Of a DNA stretch of 64,000 nucleotides, positions 13,967 through 26,280 are shown piece by piece. A model generated the notes under the pieces. It worked only from the letters and a program-made list of their open reading frames with translations. It was not told the origin of the DNA and ran no database searches. Origin of the DNA: Octopus vulgaris (Eukaryota); assembly GCA_951406725.2 (NCBI GenBank), contig OX597824.1:3844001-3908000 (forward strand). The letters run 5' to 3'. A program made the translations under genes and the position numbers. Within the stretch, counting starts at the first letter, position 1. Each line of letters opens with the position of its first letter.

Positions 13967-14061
13967 CTTGAGCTCAGTTGACAGATTTTCATCTTGTTTA
14001 AGAAGTTTTCGGATTGACTCTTGCCTCAGGACACTAAACAGAGGTCCAGACCCTGTGCTAC
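13967..14061 (-). CDS. Putative internal coding exon (95 bp, phase 1/0) (G)STGSGPLFSVLRQESIRKLLKQDENLSTELK, unidentified host gene
   Basis: Minus strand: long pyrimidine tract tttctttttttccgttcccttctgtCAG, open frame, donor AAG|GTTGGG. Splices in frame to 8104-8181. Confidence 0.55.
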
Positions 14062-14576
14062 CTGACAGAAGGGAACGGAAAAAAAGAAACATCAGGTCGT
14101 TTTAGCAATGGCAGATAATAAACAAAATGTTGTTCTTTAACTAAAAAAAACCAAAATGTTGTGAGTTAAAGAATTTGCTTCAAGACATTCAACTGAGACA
14201 CCTTCATGTAGAACAGTAAAATGTATCACAGATTCGTTGGACGTGCGTTTCTTATGCTGCAGTTGTCTTCTGTATCAATATAAAATTATGATGTAACCTG
14301 TGTCCATATAACAAGATCATGAGATTCATCCTTGCTGTTCTTGTGGGGTTGAATTAATGACTTCATTGCGCATGTTTTTCTTGTAGCTATAAGCTTGCGA
14401 CTGTTCAAGTTGAATTATGTTGTGTCAATCTCACTGCTTCGTTTTTCATTGGCCAGCAAAGGCCATGGGTACTTCCCCTTCTTTGTCACTGAACCATAAA
14501 AACAAAAAAGAAGAATATATATCTTTCTCTCTGTGTTTCTCTCTTTCTCTCTCTCTCCATTTTTTCCCTCTCATCC

Positions 14577-14613
14577 CTTTCTGACAAAGAGCATAGGCTC
14601 GAAACATCAAAAG
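14577..14613 (+). ncRNA. Degenerate minimal hammerhead motif (family shared with 17725 and 18320)
   Basis: CUUU-CUGACAAA-GAGC-auag-GCUC-GAAA-CA-UC-AAAAG. Confidence 0.5.
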
Positions 14614-14705
14614 ACATTTCCATTCTTTCCGAGTGTCAAACTAACATACTTGTTATTCCCTCACCTGTCTTCGTCTTTTGTTTTCTGTAAATTTGAACCG
14701 TGCAT

Positions 14706-14754
<49 letters not shown>

Positions 14755-15576
14755 TACATACATACATACATACATACATACATACATACATACATACATA
14801 CATACATACATGCATGTATTTGATCCCACAGACCTTCAATTAAAGGCAATCCTATTCTGACCATCCTTTCATTCACTTTCTTTTTTAAAGCATAGTGCAT
14901 CTAGGAAAACCTTATCAAATGTGTTTTTCTCTTTCCAAAAGAGGGTGATTTAACGAAAATTCAGCTGCTATTTCCAGCAGTGCTAAGTCACATAGAAGCG
15001 TCATCATTTGGCCAAGTAGCATATTAGCTTTATTGTTTTCTTTTTCTTTATCGCAGCTGGAGAAGTTGCCTTTCTTAGAGATAACCACTTAACTGCAAAA
15101 TAGGGAGCAAAACCTGTTTATTTTTCATCAGTCAAAGAAATTGCACAGCAAAGCAGTTACGTATTTTGCTCAAAGCAGATTAGCTGGTTTCACCCACCTT
15201 TTAAGAAAGCCTAATAAGTATTTCAGGTTTTAAACAGTTTAAAACAGTTTAAAAGAGGTGAACAATGAGGACACGGAGTTAGCAAACCGTACACTTTAGA
15301 ATAATATGACAAGTTCACTTGCATTTAAGGCAATTTTATGCTGATAAATTATAAGAGCATTTCAACTTCTGCAGAAAATTGAAGATATTTTGCAGATGCA
15401 GTTGTAGCAAATGCAGATACTGCAAGTGCATGTTAAATGCATTTTAAGAGTGTGATGCTCTTAGAGTAGGCTGAGCTTTATGGCAAAGTATTTGGCAGAA
15501 ATAGCCAAAATTGCAAAGGTGGAATAAATGTTATTCTACAAAGTGGATCGCCTTTCTAGTTTGTCTCCATCAGATT

Positions 15577-16290
15577 TTCTTCTTCTTCTTCTTCTTCTTC
15601 TTCTTCTTCTTCTTCTTCTTCTTCTTCTTCTTCTTCTTCTTCTTCTTCTTCTTCTTCTGCTTCTTCTTCTTCTTCTGCTTCTTCTTTTTCTCCTTCTTCA
15701 TCTTAAAGTAATCTTTTCCTAATTTGCTGTTGTTGTTGATCTTCTTCTTCTTCTTCTTCTTCTTCTTCTTCTTCTTCTTCTTCTTCTTCTTCTTCTTCTT
15801 CTTTTTCTCCTTCTTCATCTTAAAGTAATCTTTTCCTAATTTGCTGTTGTTGTTGATCTTCTTCTTCTTCTTCTTCTTCTTCTTCTTCTTCTTCTTCTTC
15901 TTCTTCTTCTTCTTCTTCTGCTTCTTTAATCCTTTTCTGATTCTTTTCTTATTCTTCATTTTTACTTTTTACTTTCTTTCAGTCTTCCTTTTTTCCCATC
16001 ATTGTCCTCACTGCCCTCTCCCTCCCCCTCCTCCTCCCCTTCTTCTTCTCTTTCTTCTTCTTCTTCTTCTTCTTCTTCTTCTTCTTCTTCTTCTTCTTCT
16101 TCTTCTTCTTCTGCTTCTTCTTCTTCTTCTTCTCCTTCTTCTTCTTCTTCTTCTTCTTCTTCTTCTTCTTCTTCTTCTTCTTCTTCTTCTTCTTCTTCTT
16201 CTTCTTCTTCTTCTTCTTCTTCTTCTTCTTCTTCTTCTTCTTCTTCTTCTTCTTCTTCTTCTTCTTCTTCTTCTTCTTCTTCTTCCACTT
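15577..16290. repeat. (CTT)n arrays with a tandemly duplicated ~60-bp unique spacer
   Basis: tttttctccttcttcatcttaaagtaatcttttcctaatttgctgttgttgttgat occurs at ~15685-15740 and ~15802-15857. Confidence 0.9.
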
Positions 16291-17094
16291 CTTCCTCCTC
16301 CTCCGCCTTGTCATTGTCATCGTCGTCGTCCTCCTCCTCCTCATTGTCATCATCATAATTATTATTGCTATCCTCATCCGCCTCCCCTCCTCGTTGTCAT
16401 CATCATTATTATTGTTGTCCTCCCCCTCCCTTCCCCCCACTCCTTCCACCTCCTCCACCTCTTCCACCTCCTCCTCCTCCTCGTCCCTGCTGTTGTTGCT
16501 ATCAGAGATGTAATGATACAGTGGTTAAAGAAGGAAGAAAAAGAAGTCGCATCACCTGACTGCGTATTAACCCAATCCTTGTCAACTCAGGAATCTCTAT
16601 ACCAACATGACAACGTGAGAGACAGAGCCAACAGCCACAATATGGATGATTACGATGATGAGCATTAAAATAAAGGCACCTACATACACACTGATGGGAA
16701 TAGATATACACACACATACATATATACATATAAGTGTGCACACTCACATATACACATATGTACACTACCGTCATTCTTACATCGGTTTTTTTTTCTTACC
16801 TCCATTCTGGTATAGGATGTATCTGACATGTTGAAGCAGTGTGCTATGGCTGGATGCATTTCCTGTCCCCAACCTTTAGCTGTTTTTCAAGTGAGGTGTA
16901 TTTATTCCAATAGTTTCGACAAGTTGAAAGCACTGAGCTACAGGGTGTACTGTCCCAAGGGACACCAACAAGATTTATCCCAAGACATGCAGAAATAAAC
17001 ATTCAGTCAACACCATATGTGCATTCAGATGTGTATATATCTAATATATGCATGTGTGTGTGTGTGTGTGTATGCATGTCAGTGGGCATATACA

Positions 17095-17345
17095 ACAGAG
17101 TGTAAGTGATTTGAGAGAAAAACTGGGTATTCGAGGAATCAGATGTAGTGTGCAAGAGAAGAGGTTGCATCAAGGGGTGCTGATTGCTAACTGTAGAGAG
17201 AACATGTGGAAGGGGTAGACACAGGAAGATGTGGGACGGAGTGGTGAGAAAGGATCTACAGATGTTGGCACTCACAGAGGATGGTGACAGGGGACCAAGG
17301 CCCCTGGCAGTTTGCTGTGCTCGAAAATACAAGTCAAGCTAAGTA
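17095..17345 (+). pseudogene. RTE-clade LINE 3' fragment
   Basis: Translates GRGRHRKMWDGVVRKDLQMLALTE. Homologous to 13030-13225. Confidence 0.6.
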
Positions 17346-17724
17346 AAAGTGTGGTTGCCCTTGCGTACAGGCTTGTCCCCTTACATCCCTCTCCAGCTGT
17401 GCATTCCTAACGTTGTGGGCTCAGGGGTTTTGGTGCCACATAAAAAGCACCCGTACCAGTGCCATGTAAATGCACCCAGTACACTCTGTAAAGTGGCTGG
17501 CATTAGGAAGGGCAGGCAACTAGCTGTAGGAACCATGCCAAAACAGACACAGTGACTGGGCAGCCCTTCAGCTGACTAACCTGTGTCAAATGATGATGAT
17601 GATGATATATATATATATATATATATATATAGGGGGAGAGTTTACAAAAAAAAACAAAAGACAAAGACAGGTGGTGTACAAAACAAACAGATGTATTAGT
17701 ATAATGCTCAGGAATAGAAAAAGT

Positions 17725-17760
17725 CTTTTATGTTTCGAGCCTACGCTCTTCTACAGAAAG
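17725..17760 (-). ncRNA. Minimal hammerhead-like motif, A6U core
   Basis: CUUU-CUGUAGAA-GAGC-guag-GCUC-GAAA-CA-UA-AAAG, inside a ~160-bp element flanked by (TA)n. Confidence 0.55.
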
Positions 17761-17785
17761 GGACACAGAAAAAACAAGGAGAGAG

Positions 17786-17838
<53 letters not shown>

Positions 17839-17848
<10 letters not shown>

Positions 17849-18145
17849 AGAGAAAAGATGAAAAAACACAGAAGATTTGTATTACAGGATTAAGGTGTGT
17901 ATTAGAGTCATAATAATAAAGATATTATACCATTAAACCGGTTTCACATTGCTCATCAAGCTAAGGTTTGAAAAATAGATATATTGCTAGTGGGAAGGCA
18001 TCAGTTCTTACTTTAATTATGTTGAAAGAACAAAACCTTGTTTTGTACAAAATTGTATAATATTTTTATTATTATGACTCTAATATACACCTTAATCCTA
18101 TAAAACAAAACTTCTGTGTTTTTTCATCTTTTCTCTTTCTATATA
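17839..18145. repeat. Inverted-repeat element in a (TA)n-rich context
   Basis: ~17839-17925 is an imperfect reverse complement of ~18056-18145. The minus strand carries GAAACCGGUU. Confidence 0.6.
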
Positions 18146-18183
18146 AATCCACCACGTGGGTTTCCACACTAAAATATTTTCTA

Positions 18184-18229
<46 letters not shown>

Positions 18230-18319
18230 AGTTGAAATTTTCAGGAAAATCAAAATACGAAGACAGGTGTGTAAACAACAAGCAGGTGTATTAGTCTGGT
18301 GCTAGGAAGGTGAGAAAAC

Positions 18320-18355
18320 CTTTTATGTTTCAAGCCTACGCTCTTCAACAGAAAG
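18320..18355 (-). ncRNA. Minimal hammerhead-like motif, A6U core
   Basis: CUUU-CUGUUGAA-GAGC-guag-GCUU-GAAA-CA-UA-AAAG. Paralog of 17725-17760. Confidence 0.5.
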
Positions 18356-18427
18356 GAACACGAGGAAAGAAACAGAGAGAATAAAAAAAAGCTTGTGAGT
18401 TTAGCATTCAGTCATGACAACTGGTTG

Positions 18428-18471
<44 letters not shown>

Positions 18472-18720
18472 TATATTATATTGAAGTTGATAAATCTTCA
18501 CAGAATGTGACAAAATGAGTTGCGTGTATCCAATCATCCGTCAAACAAAACTCCTGCCTCTCTGATGATTGATTGTGTGAAACTGACTCACAGTTTCTAA
18601 AGTTTTTTTAGTTTCAATAAAACACGATTTTACTCTACCTTTCATATTTCAGTGTTATTTTCTCCATGTTCATTTGCACCTACATACTTGCATGTATACA
18701 TGTACACACACACACACATA

Positions 18721-19588
18721 TGAGGGGGAACCCAAAAGAAACTGGAATTTTGCAATATTATTTCATTCATTTAGTTTTACATGTTTACTCTTTTATTGCC
18801 TTCAAAGTATTCTCCATTTGAAGGAATGTATCAGTCTAGGTGTGTTTTCCACTGTTCGAACCAGTGCTGGAACTCTTGCCAAGTGGTGCCTTTTAACACC
18901 TCCATCGTGTTTTCTTTCACCTCTTCCACATCTGCAAATTCTGTAGCCACATCTTTCACCATCAGTGGTGACCTTCAAAGAAAGGGTCTGGATCAATTTC
19001 CAGTAGTTCTTTCAGGTCATGGCATGCATTCAGTCATGACTGCTTTTGGTCCTCCGTGAGAAAGTCAGGCACAAACTTTGTTCCAACTCTTTTCTTGCAC
19101 AATTACTCATTTAAAATTCATTGGCAGGAGCTCCAAGACACACCATTCATATCAACAAGGTCATCAGTTGTTCAGTGATGGTTCTCCAAGATCGGTTCAG
19201 GAATTTTCATGATGTTCCCATTTGTTTGGGAGGTTGATGGTCGCATGAAAACCAGTCATAAACTTGTGTATTTTTTTCCATGGCAGTGTCCTTGTAAGCT
19301 GTTTGGAGTAAGACAACTGTTTCAGATACCATTTTCCCCAGCAGAAAACAAACAGAATTTCATGGAAGCACGGTGTTCCTTGGTTTCAGCCATCACAAAA
19401 ATTGCCCCACACTGGGAAACCACTGCAAAACAAGGATGCACCACGTGGCAGTAAAACCTCACTGAACAATGCTGGTCGGAATAGTAATGCCTGAGGATCA
19501 CATCAAGTGGCTTCTAGTGGTGGAAGGCTGAACTACAATGGGCTTGTCCCACAGAGAATGTTTCCAGTTACTTTTGGGTACCACCTCG
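18721..19588 (-). mobile_element. Internally deleted mariner element with TIRs
   Basis: TIRs TA|tgagggggaacccaaaagaaactggaa and ttccagttacttttgggtaccacctcg. The minus strand encodes the mariner C-terminal GEYFEG motif near 18800-18820. Confidence 0.75.
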
Positions 19589-19929
19589 CATCTATTTGTG
19601 TGTAATCTTGGCTTGATTTCGCATGGGGATTATAAAGAAGAACCATTGTCATACAAATGATGGTGTTGAAATAAATTCTTCCATGGAGAACATGTCTAAC
19701 CATGGGAAATATTATTTGCATGAAAATGGGTGAAAGTTGTTGACAGGAAGGGCAATCGGGCGTAGAAAATCTGCTTCAACAAACTCTGTCTGACTCATGC
19801 AGTCACAGAAAAGGGGAACGGTAAATGGTAAATGATGATGTAATTGAAAATGATGAAATACATTCACAAGACATGGCTATACATACATATATATAACACA
19901 TTATATATATATATACATACATACATACA

Positions 19930-20018
<89 letters not shown>

Positions 20019-20114
20019 GTATACACACACACACACACATATGTATGTATATGTGTGTGTGCATGTGTGTGCCTCTGTCTGTGTATGCATGTATACATTT
20101 ATATATATAAATAC

Positions 20115-20145
<31 letters not shown>

Positions 20146-20208
20146 TATCTATATATACATGCATACATATGTGTGTGTATTTATGTATATATTTAAGCAT
20201 GTATGTGA

Positions 20209-20249
<41 letters not shown>

Positions 20250-20914
20250 ACAAGTGCGTAGAATAGAGAATCAATTAGAGAGTGAGCGTGAGTGATAACG
20301 AGAGTGGAAAAGTGCATCGAGTGGCAGAAAGAGGATGAGAGAATGGAATGGAACCAATATGGCTGCCAGATGAAGAAGAAAACCAAACAAATAACAAACA
20401 AAAAAAAACAATTAAATAAATGTAGAAAGAAAGAAAAAATCCCATAATAATCAAAGCAGCATGTAAACATGGCTGATAGGGGATTATTAATGAAAACATG
20501 TCAGAACTGTTAAATACTCAGGAAAATATTAACAATATATATTTTAACCTGAAGAACTTGCACACATACACACTCACACACACACACACACACTCACACA
20601 CACATGCACACGCATGCACATGCGTGTGTGAATGTATATGCATATATGAATATATACACACACATACATATATGCAAGTATGCTTATATGTATGTATGCA
20701 TGTATGTGTACATATATATATATATATATCTATGCATGTGTGTATATATATATATATGTATATTTATGTATTCATATATATATACACACATATATATATA
20801 CACACACATATATATACACATATGTATGTATATATATATATATGTATATATATATATGTATATATATATATACACATACATATATATATACACATGTATG
20901 TATATATATATGTA

Positions 20915-20957
<43 letters not shown>

Positions 20958-20986
20958 ATATATAAATATATATATACATATATATG

Positions 20987-21020
<34 letters not shown>

Positions 21021-21041
21021 CACACACACATATATATATAC

Positions 21042-21082
<41 letters not shown>

Positions 21083-21561
21083 TAGATGTATATATATGTA
21101 TACACACACACACACACATATATAATTATAAATATATATGTATATATAAATGTATAGAAGTTCATAAGTATGCATATATGTATGAATATATGTACATACA
21201 TACATTCACACACATCTATATGGATATATGCTCACAAATACATACGTGTGTGAGTGCATCTATGTGCGTGTGTGCATGTTTATGTGTGTGCAGTTGTATA
21301 TGTATAATTATCACGAAACACACCCAGCATATTAATAGAGAAATTACTGCCACACGTTGCGTTTTTCTTAATTGGTTACCATCTTCATGTTTGTTAAGTG
21401 TTTGGAATAAAAGTCTGATGGTGCAGAAATACTAATCAGTTGAACGCTATTATATATACATAGGAGATACAGTGATGTCAAAAGATAGCATTGCTTTTTT
21501 ATCATCATACATACATGCATAAATATGAATATATACATCCACCTATATATATATATGTGTG

Positions 21562-21619
<58 letters not shown>

Positions 21620-21702
21620 TTAGAGACAAAACCACTATTTTGCAAAACAAACAAGGAAAGACTTAATCAATACATAAAATTTTAATAAAAAGTAAAAAAA
21701 CC

Positions 21703-21745
21703 CCACTACAATTGTTTCATGTCTTCAATGACAATCTTCAGGTGG
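21703..21745 (-). ncRNA. Minimal type I hammerhead ribozyme (inverted copy)
   Basis: Reverse complement of 21807-21850 with loop II shorter by 1 nt. Confidence 0.75.
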
Positions 21746-21806
21746 ATTTCCGATTTACAAATCAGTTTCAATTTCATAAATTGAAACTGATTTGTAAATC
21801 GGAAAT

Positions 21807-21850
21807 CCACCTGAAGATTGTCATTTGAAGACATGAAACAATTGTAGTGG
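21807..21850 (+). ncRNA. Minimal type I hammerhead ribozyme
   Basis: CCAC-CUGAAGA-U-UGUC-auuugaa-GACA-U-GAAA-CAAUUG-UA-GUGG: intact core, palindromic stem III, GUA cleavage triplet. Confidence 0.8.
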
Positions 21851-21934
21851 CGTTTTTTTTACTTTTTATTAAAATGTTATGTATTGATTAAGTCTTTCCT
21901 TGTTTGTTTTGCAAAATAGTGGTTTTGTCTCTAA

Positions 21935-22036
<102 letters not shown>

Positions 22037-22138
22037 ATATAAATATATATATGTGTGTATGTGTGTATTATATATATATATATATATATGGGACAAAAGA
22101 AATCATGAGAGAATGTTTATAAGATATTTAGTTAGGCC

Positions 22139-22226
22139 ATCTTACTTATGTTTCATTAACGTAGATGATTATTGGTAACATAATGTAAATTACATTATCA
22201 AGCCTTGCTGTCAAATCATCAGAGAT
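22139..22226 (-). ncRNA. Type I hammerhead ribozyme with extended stem II
   Basis: AUCU-CUGAUGA-U-UUGAC...GUUAA-U-GAAA-CAUAAG-UA-AGAU. The insert contains the hairpin AUAAUGUA/UACAUUAU. Confidence 0.75.
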
Positions 22227-22304
22227 ATGTAGAGATAAAATAAATAAGAATATATATATGTATAACTATATATATATGTGTGTGTGTGTGTGTGTTTTGT
22301 TTGT

Positions 22305-22598
22305 TCCTTCTCAAGCCATGCCTAGCTCATAAGGGCCAGGTTCCCAGTTTCCTTGGCATATAAGTTCCCCACCTGGATGGGACACCGGTCCACCGCAGGT
22401 GAGCTGCAAGATGCAGGAGGAAAGAGTGAGAGAAAGTTTTGGCAAAAGAGTCAGCAGAAGTTCGCCATTGCATTCTGCCGGAGCCACGTAGAGCTTAGGT
22501 GTTTCGCTCATAAACACACATGTCGCCCTGTCTGAGATTCAAACCCATGATCCCTTGACCACGAGTCTGCTGCTCTAACCACTAGGCCATGTGCCTCC
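22305..22598 (-). mobile_element. tRNA-derived SINE related to family D
   Basis: Minus-strand head ggaggcacatggcctagtggttagagcagcagactcgtgg...gggtttgaatctc. Confidence 0.7.
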
Positions 22599-22647
22599 TA
22601 CATGTATGCGTATATAAATATAAATATATATACATGTGTGTGTGTAT

Positions 22648-22723
<76 letters not shown>

Positions 22724-23037
22724 TCTGTGTTTCAAAATGCGGAGTAGATAAAAGAGGGGACAACTGATGAAGGAGAATATTCTTTTTGTTGCATGTCTCG
22801 TTTCTCTGTTTGTTTCTTTTGTTGTTCGAAAAAATGTTTGTTTTCTATGTTTTTATTTTTTATATTCCTGTTTCTCCTTTTGTTCACATTTTTTTAATGT
22901 CCTGTACCCATATATACATGTATATATACATATATATATATAGGTATGTACATATACGTAAGTATATATGCATATATTTATATATTATTTATATTATTAT
23001 ATGATTGAATGCCACGCATCCATTTCCATGTAAGTTT

Positions 23038-23071
<34 letters not shown>

Positions 23072-23309
23072 AACACAAACACACACATACTCTCAGTTGC
23101 ACAAATATATATGTGTATGTGTGTGTATGTACATAAATACATACACACACATACACACACAGGCACACATACACATACACACATATATGTATATATTTAT
23201 ATCTATATCTATATGTATATCTATATATGTATATTTATAAAAAACATAAAATACATAAATGTGTGTGTGTTTGCATACATATGTATGTATATGTATATCT
23301 ATATGTATA

Positions 23310-23340
<31 letters not shown>

Positions 23341-23364
23341 GTATATATATACATACATACATAT

Positions 23365-23396
<32 letters not shown>

Positions 23397-23444
23397 GTAT
23401 AAATATATGATGATGATGATAGATATATAAATATATATAAATAC

Positions 23445-23502
<58 letters not shown>

Positions 23503-23638
23503 CATATATAAATATAGATATACACACACACACATATATGTGCGTGTGTGTTTGCATGTATGCACACCCATGTCCATGTTTGTAAGTTGGTCAGCTGATT
23601 ACTAGGATGGAGACTACAAGGAAGTTTCTTAGAAAAAA

Positions 23639-23676
23639 GTAACCATGGAAACGGTGCTAAAACTAACCATGGTAAC
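23639..23676. promoter_or_regulatory. Tandem RFX X-box-like palindromes
   Basis: GTAACCATGGAAAC (23639-23652) and CTAACCATGGTAAC (23663-23676) in a short unique island. Confidence 0.35.
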
Positions 23677-23774
23677 AGTGGTAATAATAATGTTAAGCTT
23701 TGTGAGGTGGCTGGTTGTAGAGACTAGAACTAATATAGCATTAATTGTTTAGCTGGTGGCAGTGGTGGTGTAGG

Positions 23775-23791
23775 TGGTGACGATGACAACA

Positions 23792-23824
<33 letters not shown>

Positions 23825-23958
23825 ATGAATAATGATGATTTGGTTGATGATGGTGGTGGTGTTATTGTGAATGATGATGATGACGATTTTGATGGTTGTG
23901 GTGTTATTGTGAATGATGATGATGACGATTTTGATGGTTGTGGTGTTGATTGTGGTGG

Positions 23959-24002
<44 letters not shown>

Positions 24003-24003
24003 T

Positions 24004-24073
<70 letters not shown>

Positions 24074-24117
24074 AATGGTGATGATGATGATGATGGTGAC
24101 GGTGATGATGATGGTGG

Positions 24118-24163
<46 letters not shown>

Positions 24164-24197
24164 AATGGTGATGATGATGATGATGATGACGGTGATG

Positions 24198-24229
<32 letters not shown>

Positions 24230-24275
24230 AATGGTGATGATGATGATGATGATGATGATGACGACGACGACAATG

Positions 24276-24307
<32 letters not shown>

Positions 24308-24312
24308 AATGG

Positions 24313-24355
<43 letters not shown>

Positions 24356-24530
24356 AGTGGTGGTGATGATGATGATGATGACGACAATGATGATGATGAT
24401 GATGCTGATGATGGTGGTGGTGGTGATGGTGGTGATGGTGGTGATGATGATGATGATGATGATGGTCATGACGAAAATTGCAATGTTAGTGATGAGAAAG
24501 TAAATAACGATGTTAATGCTGATGACCAAT
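23775..24530. repeat. Degenerate (GAT/GGT)n trinucleotide array
   Basis: Seen directly. Confidence 0.95.
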
Positions 24531-24672
24531 GATAATGAAAATATAAGAAGTGTCGTCCTTCACTCGCTTAATTACTCATCAATGTAAATTACATATTTCC
24601 TTCGTTGCTGTCCATCTTGAGAAATATCTGTTGGCATACGGTATTTTGATTCTTTCATCTCTGTCGTCCACT

Positions 24673-24687
24673 GTTGCCAATGGCAAC
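24673..24687. promoter_or_regulatory. RFX X-box-like palindrome GTTGCC-AAT-GGCAAC
   Basis: Perfect half-sites matching GTNRCC-N(0-3)-RGYAAC. Confidence 0.35.
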
Positions 24688-25089
24688 AAAGGATTTGCTT
24701 TACTTCCATTGAAAGAGAGCTGACAAATTTTCTGATCAGAATGATTACAGAATGCATGGCGGTGGTGGTCATGGCAAAGAAACCAAAATCTAAACAAAAA
24801 ATAAAAATACACTGCAACGCCATTAGCTGTAAAATACCAATATCAAACGTTTTGGTCCTTCCACATTAAATTTCATCACAAGTAAACGTTGCTCATATAA
24901 AAATTCCACACAAACAAACCATTTTCAAGAACTCCAAACAGCTGCCCCACCTATTGGCAGAAATCTCATAAATAGGATAAATACAAAGGTTTCTTATCTA
25001 TGCCTTGGCAGGGACATTTTCTGCTCCTTATTAAGACGATATCCTAAAAAACGTGGTTTTAGAAAGGAACCTGTATACAAGAATCAGTC

Positions 25090-25690
25090 TCTCCATATGA
25101 GACAATGGACCCAGAAAGAGGGAAATAAATTAGTTCAATATACCATTTGGTATGGATGTTTTTACCAACATTATCAAGAAATATTTGTTTTTATCGAAGT
25201 TTCATTTTTCAGCCATTCATAAATGCCACAAACATTTTAATAGCAATAATGTGCAAGTGAGTTATTCTTCTCTGGACAGTATTGTTTCACAGATATCAGC
25301 AATCTAGAAAAGAGTCAATTTCCTCCCAACATCTGGCTTGTGATTTCAGAACCTTCCCATTTAGAGAATCATGCTTCAGGCAGTACCATGTGCGGCAAGC
25401 ATGGCATTTACTGAGGGCATTGAGAAGGATTATATAGAATTCACCACAATTACTTTTAAGAGCTGATACAACCAACAAATTTGCTACTTCAGATTGAGAG
25501 ACAAAGAAAATACTACCTCTCAAATAAATTGAAATTAAGGAACAGAATAATTGAACATATCCCCATACTCTGATGGGAATAGAAACTGCAGATTGTGTCT
25601 AACGACAAAGTTCTGGATACTGAAACAGCCACCGAGATTACTAAAAAGAAGATCTGAGATTTTGACTTTCTGTCATTTTCATCAACATTT
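25090..25690 (+). pseudogene. Decayed C-terminal half of a Penelope-like element of a different lineage
   Basis: Remnants KREIN*FNIPF...TNIIKKY, FNSNNVQVSYS and CRLCLTTKFWILKQPPRLLKRRSEILTFCH match the WFNPP / N..K.SYS / CxLC..EK...LN.R.E...C.H motifs of some PLE families. Confidence 0.6.
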
Positions 25691-25873
25691 TCTTCCTAGG
25701 AATTTTACAAGATTTACATAATTTGCAAAATGAAGACTTTCCCAAATCTGAATTTCTAAACTGAATCAGGGCAATGTCCCTCACATCTACAGGTCAAATT
25801 TTACCTGCTGAAATGACTGGGGTTAGAAAACCCGTGTAGCAACTTTGATGGGAATCATTAGCAGCATCATAAA

Positions 25874-25904
<31 letters not shown>

Positions 25905-25939
25905 TGTTTATGTATGTGCACATATATGTAAATGCATAA

Positions 25940-26280
25940 CCCGTGTTGGTGACATGTAAAAAGCACCGTCCGAACATGGCAGATGCCAGCACCACCTGAC
26001 TGGTGTCCATGACGGCGACACACAAAAGCACTAACTGATCGTGGCTGTTTGCCAGATTCCTCCGGCCCCTGTGCCGGTGGCACGTAAAAAGCACCCACTA
26101 CACTCACGGAGTGGTTGGCGTTAGGAAGGGCATCCAGCTGTAGAAACACTGCCGGATCAGACGAGCCTGGTACAGCCTCCTGGTTGCCCAGACCCTAGTC
26201 GAACCGTCCAACCCATGCTAGCATGGAAAACGGACGTTAAACAATGATGATGATGATGATGTATATGGTGATGATGATGT
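25940..26280 (+). mobile_element. SINE family A, long form
   Basis: Close reverse complement of the copy at 10950-11350. Confidence 0.75.

Noticed and set aside
14160-14490. Additional minus-strand coding exon upstream of 14061
   Set aside because: There is a good acceptor near 14489, but all frames close quickly. It could be UTR; not supportable as CDS.
17925-17970. Minus-strand UUGAUGA-GCAAUGU-GAAACCGGUU as an intact hammerhead
   Set aside because: Stem II is at most 2 bp and stem I is weak; kept only as part of the inverted-repeat feature.
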